From NCBI GenBank assembly GCA_030264375.1, contig JASCQW010000132.1, positions 115,496,435 through 115,560,434 of the forward strand: a DNA stretch of 64,000 nt. Direction: 5' to 3'. Origin of the DNA: Carcharhinus longimanus (Eukaryota). The translations under genes were made by a program, and so were the position numbers. The notes beneath the pieces are model-generated. The model had not been told where the DNA came from. It did not search any database and saw only the letters and a program-made list of their open reading frames with translations. Below are positions 24,266 to 35,769 of the stretch, piece by piece. Each line of letters begins with the position of its first letter. Position 1 is the first letter of the stretch.

Positions 24266-25299
24266 AAATCAAAACAATGGATGGTTTGTTTACAAACCAG
24301 CCCTGAAGCAGGTTGGGATTTCCCATACACTGGGAGCGGCATTCCCATTACATGCCACTGATGTTACTGGACAGTTCTCTTCCCAGAAGCCAGCATAGTG
24401 TTGACTGGGAGAAAGAATTGGGTGGTGATTTGAAGAGAGTGGTCACTCACACTGGGGAGGGGGAAGTGAAGAAGGTTGGCTGTTTGGTTGAGGGCCGTCA
24501 ACTCCAAGACGGAGCGTATAGGGGTCCTGAGGGGGATAGGGCAGAAGATTTTTAACTAGGGGTAGGACCAAAGACCTGCAGTGGGAGGGGTGGGTGGNNN
24601 NNNNNNNNNNNNNNNNNNNNNNNNNNNNNNNNNNNNNNNNNNNNNNNNNNNNNNNNNNNNNNNNNNNNNNNNNNNNNNNNNNNNNNNNNNNNNNNNNGGT
24701 GGGTTGGTTGGTTGGGGTCGGGAGGGGGGGATTTGGGTCGAATCAGAGGACTCAGGGAAATCTTGGCGATTTCTTGGACAACACCTGGATCTAGGAGATA
24801 GGCATAAAGTCATGTACTTAACTCCTGAATCCCCCTCAGTGAAGTTTCAGGGTTTCCCAGTGCTTGGAAAAGTCAGCTGACAGCAGTTAGAGGTGAAAAC
24901 CTGCATGGCAAAGTGGCTTGTGGTCTTAGTATCACATTTAAAGTGTGGACCTGCCTTCTTGGATTGGGTTGGCTACCTGCCCAATTTCCAGCCTTAGTTA
25001 AAGTGGTGGATCTGGGCCAGGAAACAGAATATTAATATTTTAAACTGTCACTCAACCTAAACTCACCTTTAAATTAAAATTCAGTCTAATATTCCAGCGG
25101 CGCCTCAATCCAAAGATACTCTATACCTTTTAAACAGTATTCTCAACTTGTTCTCCTCTTCCTCCTTTCGGCATCATGCCCTAAGATGGTATTCGTGATG
25201 ATGGATTTCACTGGACTGATCCATAATTATATTTTGCGAAGTACTGAGGTGGTTTGTCATTGCCTTTGCACTATGGCTGACCAGGTAATTCTCTTATAT

Positions 25300-25398
25300 A
25301 AAGGCAAAATACTGCGGATGCTGGATTCTGAAATAAAACCAGAAAATACTGGAGAAACTCAGCAGGTCTGGCAGCATCTGCAGGGAGAGAATAGAGGA
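25300..25398 (-). mobile_element. Penelope-associated terminal repeat fragment
   Basis: aaatactgcggatgctggattctgaaataaaacc...ctcagcaggtctggcagcatctgcagg. Confidence 0.65.
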
Positions 25399-25454
25399 AA
25401 TTCTCTTGCTATTTAATTAGACATATTGGACAGTATTTTACCACTTTTTGTCTA

Positions 25455-26158
25455 AATGCCGGGCTGGCATGCAACTTGGAATTTTAGATATGTTTTGTGG
25501 ATGTATTTTCAGGCCCCCTCCATACGCACTCTGGCTGCAAAATTTTGAGCGAGTTTGTTGCTTGCTGCAGAAGCCTGTGAGAGAGGCTTAATGCACCCAA
25601 AAGTATGTAGAGGGAGGTAGAATGCATGTGCAAACCTCTGATGCTACACATGTATACTAGCAGTAGCACAGGTCTGACAGATCTGCCGCCTGAAGCAGCT
25701 CCCTCCTTGCAATTGCGGGAGCCTACAACCTGAGATGCAGTCCCTGCCAACCCTGCTGCCATCCGGACAGATCACAGAAACCCTTTCCAATTGTAGACCG
25801 ACCATCTTCCCCCACCAATTGTGGACCTGCCGCCCTCCCTCACCGATTGTGGACCTGCAGACCTACCCCCACCGATCGCTGCAGTGTGGCAACGGCCCCC
25901 GCGTCCCATTAGCCCTGTCCCAGCGGCCCGACCATTAGCCCCACCTCCATGACCCCTCCCCACAGGTTCTGCCCTCCCCCATTGGCATTGCCCTTGTGCC
26001 AGGGTGACACTGCCACTCTGCCTCTGCCCAAGGGCATCCTGCCATGCCCTCGGCTTCTGCGGGGAGCCTCAATAGCGTCCGCTTCCATCGGTGAGGTCAA
26101 CACGACTGTTTCCTGTTCATGAGGAGCATGTCTATTCCTTGCCGGTGAGAATCTCTCC
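25455..26158. mobile_element. GC-rich non-autonomous Harbinger-type element
   Basis: The interior matches 15514-16300 and 33992-34640, and it ends in TIR-like gagaatctctcc at a gap. Confidence 0.6.
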
Positions 26159-26258
26159 NNNNNNNNNNNNNNNNNNNNNNNNNNNNNNNNNNNNNNNNNN
26201 NNNNNNNNNNNNNNNNNNNNNNNNNNNNNNNNNNNNNNNNNNNNNNNNNNNNNNNNNN

Positions 26259-26333
26259 GTAGAGGGAGCTTTACTCTGTATCTAACCCCGTGCTGTACCT
26301 GTCCTGGGAGTGTTTGATGGGGACAGTGTAGAG
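26259..26333. repeat. One unit (69 bp) of a common shark intronic tandem repeat
   Basis: gtagagggagctttactctgtatctaaccccgtgctgtacctgtcctgggagtgtttgatggggacagt|gtagag; the array probably continues into the gap. Confidence 0.7.
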
Positions 26334-26359
26334 TGCACCATGTGTGAGATACACTTTAC

Positions 26360-26468
26360 CTTTTGTGCTGGTCCAGGAGGTCCTTATCTGTGATGAGCAC
26401 TTTGAGATCCTTCAGATCCTGGAGAAATTCTCTGTCCAGATCAACATCCATATCATCAACCATACAAT
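26360..26468 (-). CDS. FIBP: Internal coding exon of FGF1 intracellular binding protein (equivalent to human exon ~6); isolated
   Basis: Minus strand reads ccaattcctttacag|109 nt|gtaaag, phase 1 to phase 2, with no stops. It translates as (D)[35 protein letters not shown](S), matching recalled human FIBP [37 protein letters not shown]. Confidence 0.92.
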
Positions 26469-26889
26469 CTGTAAAGGAATTGGTGCAAGTCAGTGAATGC
26501 CTGTGCTACCAGCACACCAGCGGCCTCTGATTGACTGAGGTGTTGCCATGGAGACAGCAACAGTGAACCATGGGCTTGTGGAAATTACGGATTTGAGCAG
26601 CACTTGCTGAACAGTCCTGAGTGCGCCACTAACTCCACCCACAGCCCATTTAAGAAATCAGTTGAGGTTGTAACCTGGTTGATTTGGACTCATTCAGATA
26701 TTTCTCTGATGCCATTTAGTCACACGTGGGGGAATTCCCTCTCTCGTACCTCTCTCCCATGTGATAAACTCCAGGGGAAACTGAATCAATCTTTCACAGA
26801 ATCACCCAATTGTCACAGGTGCAGCAGGAGGCCATTTGGCCTCCTGTATCTATACTGGCTCTCCAAACAGCATCACAGCTTCACACAGC

Positions 26890-27208
26890 ACAGGTGGCAC
26901 AGTGGTTAGTGCTGCTGCCTCACGGCGCCAGAAATCTGGGTTCGATTCCCGGCTCGGGTCACTGTCTGTGTGGAGTCTGCACATTCTCCCTGTGTCTGCG
27001 TGGGTTTCCTCCAGGTCCTCCAGTTTCCTCCCACAGTCCAAAGATGCGTAAGTTAAGTTGATTGGCCATGGTAAAATTGACCCTACTATCAGGGGAATTA
27101 GCAGGGTAAATATGTGAGGTTATGGGAATTGGGCCTAGGTGGGATTATGGTCAGTGTAGACTCGATGGGCCAAATGCCTCCTTCTGCACTATAGGGATTC
27201 TATGATTC
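26890..27208 (+). mobile_element. HE1 V-SINE, full length
   Basis: Near-consensus head, body and tail. Confidence 0.95.
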
Positions 27209-28099
27209 AGTTCAATGGAAATATATCATATAGCTTGAATGGAAGATCTTTCATTCTGCAGTGTGTGAACTTCAACACTATGTTTTCTCTTCTTTTCAGC
27301 AATGCCGAAGCATCAACAAGCTCTGGGATCATGATTCCCGGCAGGAGAATCAGATCATAATCTCACATGCCAGACATGGTGTGATGGCTGACAATGATAG
27401 ACGATCAAATATTAAAAGCATTTTCATTGTATTGTAGTTGTTTATAAGGCAAATAGAAGGCACGGCACATAAGTCGATCCATACAGACATATTGCCTTAG
27501 GGTTACACTACAAGGCACCAATGAGACCACACTTAGATATTTTGTTCAGCTTAAAACCTACCAGCCTCTGCCTTCCCACACAAAACATACTGAAGAAATG
27601 ATTATCGCAGTAAAATCCTATGAGTACCTGACTTGCTCATATGTAGCTTCTTCATCAGTGATGTGAGTGAAGTTTGTAAACCTTAGGCTTTTCTAATGTA
27701 TTTATTGTAAAGTGTTATATCCAGATCACAAAGGTAATGGAAAGGATTCAAAAATAGTCCTTAAATTAATTAACTATAAACAGGATACAATATAATCATC
27801 AAAGGTAGCAGACGGTCAGTCTGGTTTTAATAACCAATATAATAGTTTGAGTTGGAACTAACTAGAATATTTATATACTCTATGGAAACTGACTCATTGC
27901 ACTATTTCCTACTTTAATTTTTTCTTTCCATTTAAAATAAATAATGAAACTATTTTCCACCTTCAGTGCTTCCTTTCCTTTAACAATCTGAAAAACCTGG
28001 TGTCAACAGGTTTTGACACAATTTCTTCAGTTACTCCATCTTGTCTTCCGTTCTTTCTGACTGATTTCTCCCTCTGTGACATTACTTATCTCCACTCTT

Positions 28100-28550
28100 C
28101 TCAGTGTGTTGGCTATTCTAGTACTCTCTTGGCTGGCCTCCCGAATGCCACCTTTGTGAATTGTAACTTATCCAAAGTTTTGCTGTCCTATTCTACACAA
28201 AGTTCCACTTACCCATCATTCCATTCTCTCTTGGCTTCTGGTTTCCCAATATCTCAAATTTAGAAACCACATCCCTCCATCCCATGCCTTTATTTCTGTA
28301 AACTCCTCCAAAATGATAACACCCCAGCCCCAAAATCTCCATATCCCTGATTTCGGCCTCTTGCTCATGCCCAATTTTAAATATCCACGACAGCTTTATT
28401 TTGACCTGCCCAAGTCTTACACATTGGAATTCTCCCACTAAAGTTCTTCACCTCTATTTCTTCCTTCAAGACCCATCTTAAAACTCAACTCTTTGTCCAA
28501 GATTTTTGATCAGCTTCCCTAATATTTTTCCTTGGCTCATCATCCATTGA
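28100..28550 (+). mobile_element. Old L2-type LINE 3' fragment
   Basis: YSSTLLAGLPNAT resembles L2 ORF2 DY.N.LLAGLP, followed by a WNS-like motif (tggaattctc) and FKTHLKT.LF. Confidence 0.75.
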
Positions 28551-28557
28551 TCATTGT

Positions 28558-28678
28558 GGGCAGGACTTTCTAGCCTCGCTCATCCTGGAACTGAAAATTC
28601 CCACCTGAGGTCAATGGACTGCAATGGTCTGCCCCTCGCTGTGATTCCTGTGGCAGACAGGACTGTAAAATTCGTTCC
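28558..28678. mobile_element. ~120-bp Harbinger-type MITE
   Basis: TIR-like ends gggcaggactttc / gtaaaattcgttcc; an inverse relative of 56230-56350 and 63296-63421. Confidence 0.65.
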
Positions 28679-28765
28679 TATTTCTCTGAAGCCCCTTGGG
28701 AGTGTTTCTACATTGAAACGCCATGTAAGTACCATGAAATAGTTTAAGACCATGTTGGGAGAGAT

Positions 28766-28905
28766 AGGGGGCAGGATTCTCTGACCTTGTCCATGGCCAC
28801 CCTGCTGCAAGTGAGAATGGAGAATTAGGCGTACCAGCCAAAACTCCATTCACTTTCAGCAGCACTGGAGAATCTCAGCTGTGAATGAAGATGAAGATTT
28901 TTGGT
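28766..28905. mobile_element. ~140-bp Harbinger-type MITE
   Basis: Starts ggggcaggattctct; the interior is related to 60537-60672. Confidence 0.55.
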
Positions 28906-29859
28906 AAGTTTCATATCATATTCAAATGATAACACCTCTGATGTGGCATCATTCCCTTAGTACTGGAGGTGAAGGGGAATATCAAATATTATAAAACTGC
29001 TAGTAAATACATTTTTATATCAGTTTTCACTCTAGAAGGTAATTTCAGTGTTCACAATTGAAGAAATGGAAGATGTGTCAAATTTTCTGAAGGTTAGGTC
29101 TTGCAACAAAGCACTTGCTTAAGTATGAGTGTACCTGAATGTTAATGGAGCAAATGTAATAAAGGGCAACAACATAACTGAGAGCAGAGGTAGTGGATAC
29201 AATGGTTGAAATTATATCACCCACATTGAAATTATATGTTATTAAAAAAGGACAGCAGTTTATTCATTTAGGAAAATAGGTCAAGCAAAACTGTAAATCT
29301 GTTGCCCAAAGTGGCACCAATAAAAATACTGAAGTTTACAAACAGTGCAAAAATATCTGCCCCAATTCTCTGGTTTTATACCACCAGCTGCCTTGTCTAG
29401 AGATTCATTCTTATCCATAAGCAACCTATTTGACCAAGGAATCACAAGCCTGATCCCAAGCACAGAATTGTTACAGTGCAGGAGGAGGCCTTTTGGTCCA
29501 TTGTGTCTACACTGGCTCTCCAACATCATGACTTAATGCCTTTCCTTGCCCTTTCCCCACACCCCTGCGTATTGTTTCCATTCAAGTTAATCCTTACAAC
29601 ATTTATCTATTCATGGGGCTGGATTTTACACCCCTCTGCAGCTGTACGCTCCCATCACTGTAAGGTCCAAGCCATGGTGACCCTCTAACACAAGCCACTG
29701 AATGACAGGCAGGAATATGGAATCCAGCAATTCTCTCTGCTCCCATCTAGGCTGAAGGGCACGAAAACAAATTGTTATCTGACTAACTCATCATAACCCA
29801 TCTTATAAGTTTGACTCGAGGCACAGCACATTATGCATTTGGCCAATGGTTTACCAAGG

Positions 29860-30725
29860 GAGATAATAATCAGCAGTGCGCAAGTGCAAACATTGATTTC
29901 CTGAAAGACAAACGTACCAAATAAATTTATGAGAATTGTTTTTGATTGTAGCAGAGTTTTTTGAGGGTGAAGTGCTGGATATAATATAAAGATGCAAAGC
30001 TTGGAGATGAGATTAACCCAAATGGCACCAGTAATGTGAAGACCTGAGAAGCTCCGACTGTTCTCTTCAGGGAGTTTTAATTGAGGTATTCAAAGTTATG
30101 AGGTATTTTGATAGAGAAGATAGTGATAAATTGTTTATACTGGCAGAAGCATTGGTAAATCAGAAGATGCAGGTTTAAGATAATTGGCACAATAGCCAGG
30201 GGAAAGATGGGAATTTATTTTGATGCTGCAAGATGTTAATGATCTGAAATGCATTGCCTGAAACAACGGTGGACGCAGATTCAACAGTAAAGCTCAGAAT
30301 AGAAGAGAAGGGAATAGGGGCAGCACAGTGGCACAGTAGTTAGCACTGCTGCCTCACAGCACTAAGCACCTGGGTTCGATTCCCAGTTTGGGTCAATATC
30401 TGTGTGAAGTCTGCACATTCTCCCCATGTCTGCGTTGATTTCCTCTGGGTTCTCACAGTCTGAAAGATGCCGGTTAGGTGCATTGGCCATGCTAAATTCT
30501 CCCTCAGTGTACCCAAACAGGCACCATTATATGGCGATTAGGGATTTTCACAGTAACTTCATTGCAGTGTTAATGTAAGCCTACTTATGACACTAATCAA
30601 TAATCTTTAAAAAATATAGGAGGAAAATGTAGGTATGTGGTAAAGGACAGGGGAGGGACACTAATCAGATAGCTCTTGAAAGAACCAGCACTAACATAAT
30701 GGGCCAATTGGCCTTCTGTGATCCT
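29860..30725 (+). mobile_element. Old, internally deleted CR1 LINE interrupted by a V-SINE
   Basis: Decayed EVFKVMR..DR motif, WN.LP-like aaatgcattgcctg and tail ctcttgaaagaaccagcac. Confidence 0.7.
30318..30608 (+). mobile_element. V-SINE with alternative tail
   Basis: HE1 head/body plus ggattttcacagtaacttcattgcagtgttaatgtaagcctactt tail. Confidence 0.9.
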
Positions 30726-30869
30726 CTAATCTTGATTTTGTTGGGGTAATTGCCATCACAGGAGATGTGACTTAATGAAAACTAAAACCAATTGACATTG
30801 TCTAATCCATTAATGCTAATATATAACAACAAAGAAAGTGTGGTACTCGAGTCTTCTTCTTGAGTTCTC

Positions 30870-31020
30870 TGTCCAGTGGGAGGTCTAAGCCAAAGTGCCA
30901 TGACCTCTGTCACAGGGTGGGGAAGGAAGGAAATCCACCTTAGCCAGAATGGGGACACAACCCTCATGCTGTTGGCATCAATCTGATCCACGCTGGCCAT
31001 CCAGCCAACTAACCAACCAT
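30870..31020 (-). mobile_element. Old tRNA-derived SINE head of a different family (relative at 39300-39375)
   Basis: Shared gctgttggcat.aatctgatcca...gcca; the minus strand begins with an A-box-like ggttagttggctgg. Confidence 0.5.
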
Positions 31021-31345
31021 TCTCCCAAAGAGTCCAAGGTGCTGTTTTTCCTTCATGCTGTAGTCCCAGAGCTCTGGATGGTGATGGTAGTGGCTCCAAT
31101 TTTCTCTCCCGCTCTTACTACTTGCCATTGGAATGATTTACAGGTTGATACTCAACCTATTTGGCCATGTTATGAACGCACCTTCCTTTGCCACAAAGGC
31201 CTGGAGTAAGTCTTGAACCTAGAGTTTCAGGCTCAGAGGCAGGAACACTACCCATTGTGTTACAAGACCTCCTCCAAAGTCACATTTTGCATACAAAATA
31301 AAAACTAATAAACCAGTATTCAAATGAAACAACTGATGGAAGAAA

Positions 31346-31690
31346 TAGTGGCACAGTGGGTAGCACTGCTGCCTTGCAGCACCAGGGACCCCAGTTCCAG
31401 CCTTCGGTGGCTGTCTGAGAGAATTTGCACATTTTTTTCTGTCTGCATGGGATTCCTCCGGATGCTCTGGTTTTCTCCCACAGTCCAAAGATATGCGGGT
31501 TAGGTGGATTGGCCACACTAAATTGCCCCTTAGTGTCCTAAGGTGTTTAGGTTAAGTGGATTAGCCATTGGAATGATTTACAGGTTGACACTCAACCTAT
31601 TTGGCCATGTGCGGGTTTACAAGGATAGGGCAGAGGGGAGGGCCTGGGTGGGATGGCATCTTTTTGCACTGTAGAGATTCTATTATTCTA
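31346..31690 (+). mobile_element. HE1 V-SINE with a 47-nt insert copied from 31124-31170
   Basis: Head, body and tail are present, with non-consensus sequence at 31564-31610. Confidence 0.9.
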
Positions 31691-32189
31691 TGGAAATATA
31701 ACAGCTTTGTAAGTGCAATTCAAATGATCTAATAATTAGAACTAAATGATTTTGTATTATCAGATGTTGAATATTCCCTCTATATTTTATTCTAGGAATC
31801 ATGTTTATAGTATTTATTAATGGTCTTGCCAGAAGTGAGTCAAAAGATGACGTACATGATGGTGACGGATGGTCAAATGGCAAGACTCTATCAATATACT
31901 TTTACTTTATGGCAGTAGTTAATAAGTCATCAGACACACAAATAGATCGCGATAGTCATAGTGAAGCTCCATGAAATTTCAATGAACTACTTTTTTTCTT
32001 TTTTTAGATGCCCCCGAAGTATCAGTTTGGAAATGACTCAAAAATAATAGTCTACAAAGGCTTGAAATGCTCAAGACCAAGTCCTTCATTGGCTATTATA
32101 ATGAAGTTGGTAATCCACTTGTTTTAATTTATTATTGTATGGGCCAATTTCTAAACCATTGAGAATAAGATGGGCTTAAGAGTCAGTCA

Positions 32190-32340
32190 TGGTTCAATGA
32201 TAACATGGAAAGTTCTGGCTTCAAGTCCCATTCCAGACACTCAAGCACATCATTTAAGCTTCTCACTTCAGTGCAGTAGTGTTGGGAGTGCTGCATTGTC
32301 AGAGGAGATGTCTTTCAGTCGAGGTTGAGGCCTCCTGCTG
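32190..32340 (+). mobile_element. Deu-domain SINE 5' fragment
   Basis: ttcaagtcccattccagac...cagtgcagtagtgttgggagtgctgcattgtcagagg, SacSINE1/AmnSINE1-like. Confidence 0.65.
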
Positions 32341-33333
32341 CCAGGGTTGGTGCTTTACAAGTGGCTGGGTGCCCACAACAACTCCCCCCCTCAAATACAT
32401 TTCTGCCATCTCACTGGGCCTGCTAGACTGGCCCTGGCGAAACTGCTCCATTGACCTTGCAGTTCAGCCATTGTGTTATGAAATATAATCAGTCTGATGT
32501 CACATTTGACTAGCTGTAGTGATATGACTCTGCCATGAGGCAGGCTCACTGTGGGCTGCCGTTTCTAATCAGTCCAGTGAGGCCTCTCACTGAGAAAAAC
32601 TGATGATGCACTGCCGTCCTCAAACATGAAGCATGGTGCCTGAAAGTGGGCAGAAAACAGATTTCTGAATCCGGCAAACGCTGCAGAGAAGACATTAAAA
32701 ACCCAGGCACACACAAAGGTATAAATCTTCAAACAAAAGCTGCTGCACTGAGGGCAAAGAAAAAGCAAACAATGGCTGCAAGTAAAATACTGGCGACAGA
32801 AAAGTAACAGCCAAGAAAGGCAGGCAGAAAAGTTCAAATCTTCAGAAAATTACAGCAAAAAGACGACGGAAAACCAAACCACAAGCCCCTTCAAAGTGTA
32901 TTTTGCAAACCACTATTATGTTCCAAAACATCTGCAAAGAATGTTACTTTGTTTACAAAGATCTCATCTGCACATGACACACAAGCAAGGAAAGCAGATG
33001 TGCATTTCAGCCATGCTATTGAGAACAGTACTCCTCTTGTGAAGAATTTCGAGGGTGCTACAATAGACTGCTGAATCTTCCGGATTTAACGTGAAGCAAT
33101 ACCAGATCTAATTTGGAAGTCAGCAATCCCACAGAGACATTGGGTGGGTTTTTCTGGCCATTGGCTGATGGCAGGATTTTCCAGTCCTGCTAACATGACC
33201 ACCTGCCTTGAGGCGGATTGAATAGGAAATCCCACTGACAGCAGTGGGACCAGAAAATCCCACCACTGGCTAATGCCGAGGCCCCTCCTGCTGCCAAGAA
33301 GCACACCACGGGCAGCACTGAAAATCTCACAGC

Positions 33334-33945
33334 TTGAATCAAACAGACAAGCACCTAACTCAAATCAGGCAAATTATCCAGCAAGATGCAAGTCTCCAAG
33401 TGATGCATGAAGTAGAGATGAAAGAATGGCCTGAGAGCATCATGGATACGTCTGTGGTCACCACAGCCTACAGGGCAAACCGAGATGAATTAGCAGCCCA
33501 AGATGTGCAAAGGAAATGGACTCATCATCCCAAAGGAATTGTGAGGAGTGATGCTGAAGCACATCCATGCAAGCCATCAAGGAATTGAGTGACTCTGAGA
33601 AAGGTAGGACTCTACTGGACAAACATGAACAATGAAATGGAAGACCACATTGACCAGTGGAGTGCATACAATGAGTAAGAAGCTAATCAAGCTAGAGAGC
33701 TGTTGATGATACATGACATCACAAACAGACAATGGATAAAGCTGGGAGTAGACCTTTTCACTTTGGCAGGAACTGATTATCTTGTCACTGCAGTCGACTA
33801 TTCCGACACTGAGAGTTAGACCCCTGACTTCAACTATGATAGGAGGAATAGTAGAAGGCTTGAAAATACACTTCAGCTGGTATGGCATTCCAGACAGTGT
33901 GATGTGTAACAATGGCCCGCAGTTCACAAGTGAAGAATTCAACTT
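33334..33945 (+). pseudogene. Frameshifted Gypsy pol (integrase zinc finger and core)
   Basis: QIRQIIQQDASLQVMHEVEMKEWPE...RDELAAQD, HIHASHQGIE and YGIPDSVMCNNGPQF lie across shifting frames. Confidence 0.85.
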
Positions 33946-33991
33946 AGAACATAAGAAATCACAAAGGATTGGGAAATTCATCACCATACAT

Positions 33992-34640
33992 TGGGCAGAA
34001 TTTTATGCCAATAATTCTAAGTGTCCCGCTAATGTGAAAATGGGAGGGTTCCTCATCCGTTTATTGGGAAGGCTTTCACGCTCAATCTTGTGTATTTAGT
34101 GCATGGAAAAATGGTCTAGGCCATTTTCAGCTGCTGCAGGCAGTGGGCTGGGCTTGATTCGCCAGCCAACCTGCAGAGGAAGTTGTTGTGCATGCACAGA
34201 CCATTGATTCTACACATCTGCAACAGCAACTGCAGGGGTCTGACAGACAGAAAGAGAGCCGTCAGGCCCCTGCTGTTGCAAGTAGTCTCAACAAACTCCC
34301 CTCCCACAATTGCAGGGACCCATGGACGATCATAAGCCCCACACCACCCGAAATGACCCCACTGCCCCTACTGCTGCCCAGACCAATGCACCCCCCTCCC
34401 CACATCAATTGCATCTACAGAGCAGCAGCAGGCCCTCCTCCCCTGATCTGTCCCAGGCAGAGTGTCAGAGGGACTCCCTCTTCCTTGATCAGGTCCCAAC
34501 CACCTCCAGAGGTCTCACTGCATAGGCCTCCNNNNNNNNNNNNGGCCCCATAGGCCCTGTCCACATAAGTTCTGCCCCCTACAGGGCCCGTCTCCTGGCA
34601 GGTGCCCAGTGGGCATTACCAAGGTGCCAGACTAGCAGTG
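33992..34640. mobile_element. Harbinger-type non-autonomous element nested in the Gypsy element
   Basis: Starts gggcagaattttat; the interior is shared with 39477-39867. Confidence 0.65.
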
Positions 34641-35439
34641 AGAAATTGTTAACTCAATCATGCACAGGAGAAGTGAATAGCAAAATATACTGATGCAATC
34701 GTAGGCACATTGAGTCAAATAGTGAAGCTGTTCCTTCACAGCAATTGACCAGTCAGTGAGAAAGAATTACACCAGTTGCACTGAATATAGATCACAATCA
34801 ATCAATCCCACAGGTCCACCAGTCCCCAACAACTGCAGTGGAACAACATCAGTCAAAAAAGCAACAAGGGCCACAGCAATGTGGGTAACTTGGGTAACTC
34901 ACAGGATTGTGTATGTAAACATGCCTTTTGTCCACTAGAAAAGGGGCATGTTAATATCTTTTGTTTGCTACAGAAGAGGGTACGTTTGGGTTGTGAAATG
35001 TAATCAGTTTGACGTCATATTTGACGCTGTCATCATGTGACTCTGCCATGAGGCAAGCTCGCTGTAGGTTGCCGTGTCTGATCAGTTCAATAAAGCCTGT
35101 CACTGAGAAGCAGTTATGATGAATTGCTGTCCTTTAACATGAAACAGAATCCATGCTGACCTTTGTGAAGGGCTGGCTGCAGTCCCAGTGGGCCACTGCT
35201 CTGAGGCAGGATATCTTTCCAAACAGGGGCCGAAGCCACAACATAAACCAAAATAGGCTGATGCTGTAAAGTCATACCTTTCTGGACTGATGAAGGCCCT
35301 GATTTTTCAGCTGGGGTAGTGTAGGGTGAGGAGGGGGTTGTGGGGCTGGGGGAGGGGGCAGTGTGGCAGGGTAGGGGTGGGTGGAAGGGTCAAGACCACT
35401 GCCTCCACAAGGAAATCTGATCACAACTGATTTCATGTA

Positions 35440-35765
35440 AAAGACAGAGAAACTTTTCCACTTGTTGGGGAAGAGCAAATCTCGTAGTCATAAACATAAG
35501 GCTAATAAATAATAACAAGTAATAAATCCAAAAGGAAACTCAGGAGAAACACCTTCACCTAAAGAGTGATTAGAGTATGGAACCTGCCATCAGAATGGTG
35601 GCTGAGATGAACTTTAATGAGAAACTGGAAAGGCACAGAAAAACAAAGGAACACAAGGTTATGTTGACAGGGTTAGCTGAAGGTATAAGTTACGTACAGC
35701 ATAAACATCACATAGAGAAGACAGGCTGAATGGCCTGCTTCTGTGTTGTACATATCACGTATTTC
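35440..35765 (+). mobile_element. CR1 LINE 3' fragment
   Basis: LFPL.G.S motif and tail ggctgaatggcctgcttctgtgttgta. Confidence 0.75.
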
Positions 35766-35769
35766 AGGT

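Larger units (their letters stand above)
32471..35146 (+). mobile_element. Decayed, internally deleted Gypsy LTR retrotransposon
   Basis: Similar LTRs at 32471-32633 and 34949-35146, both ending in CA. PBS-like tggtgcctgaaagtggg at 32634 and PPT agaaaagggg before the TG at 34949. Integrase remnants IHASHQGIE, LGVDLF..G.DYLV and FSWYGIPDSVMCNNGPQFTSEEF. Confidence 0.9.

Noticed and set aside
27627-27682. Minus-strand FTNFTHITDEEATYEQVR, resembling a tyrosine motif or the start of an FIBP exon
   Set aside because: The acceptor lacks a pyrimidine tract, the donor is weak, and similarity to FIBP is only 3 residues.
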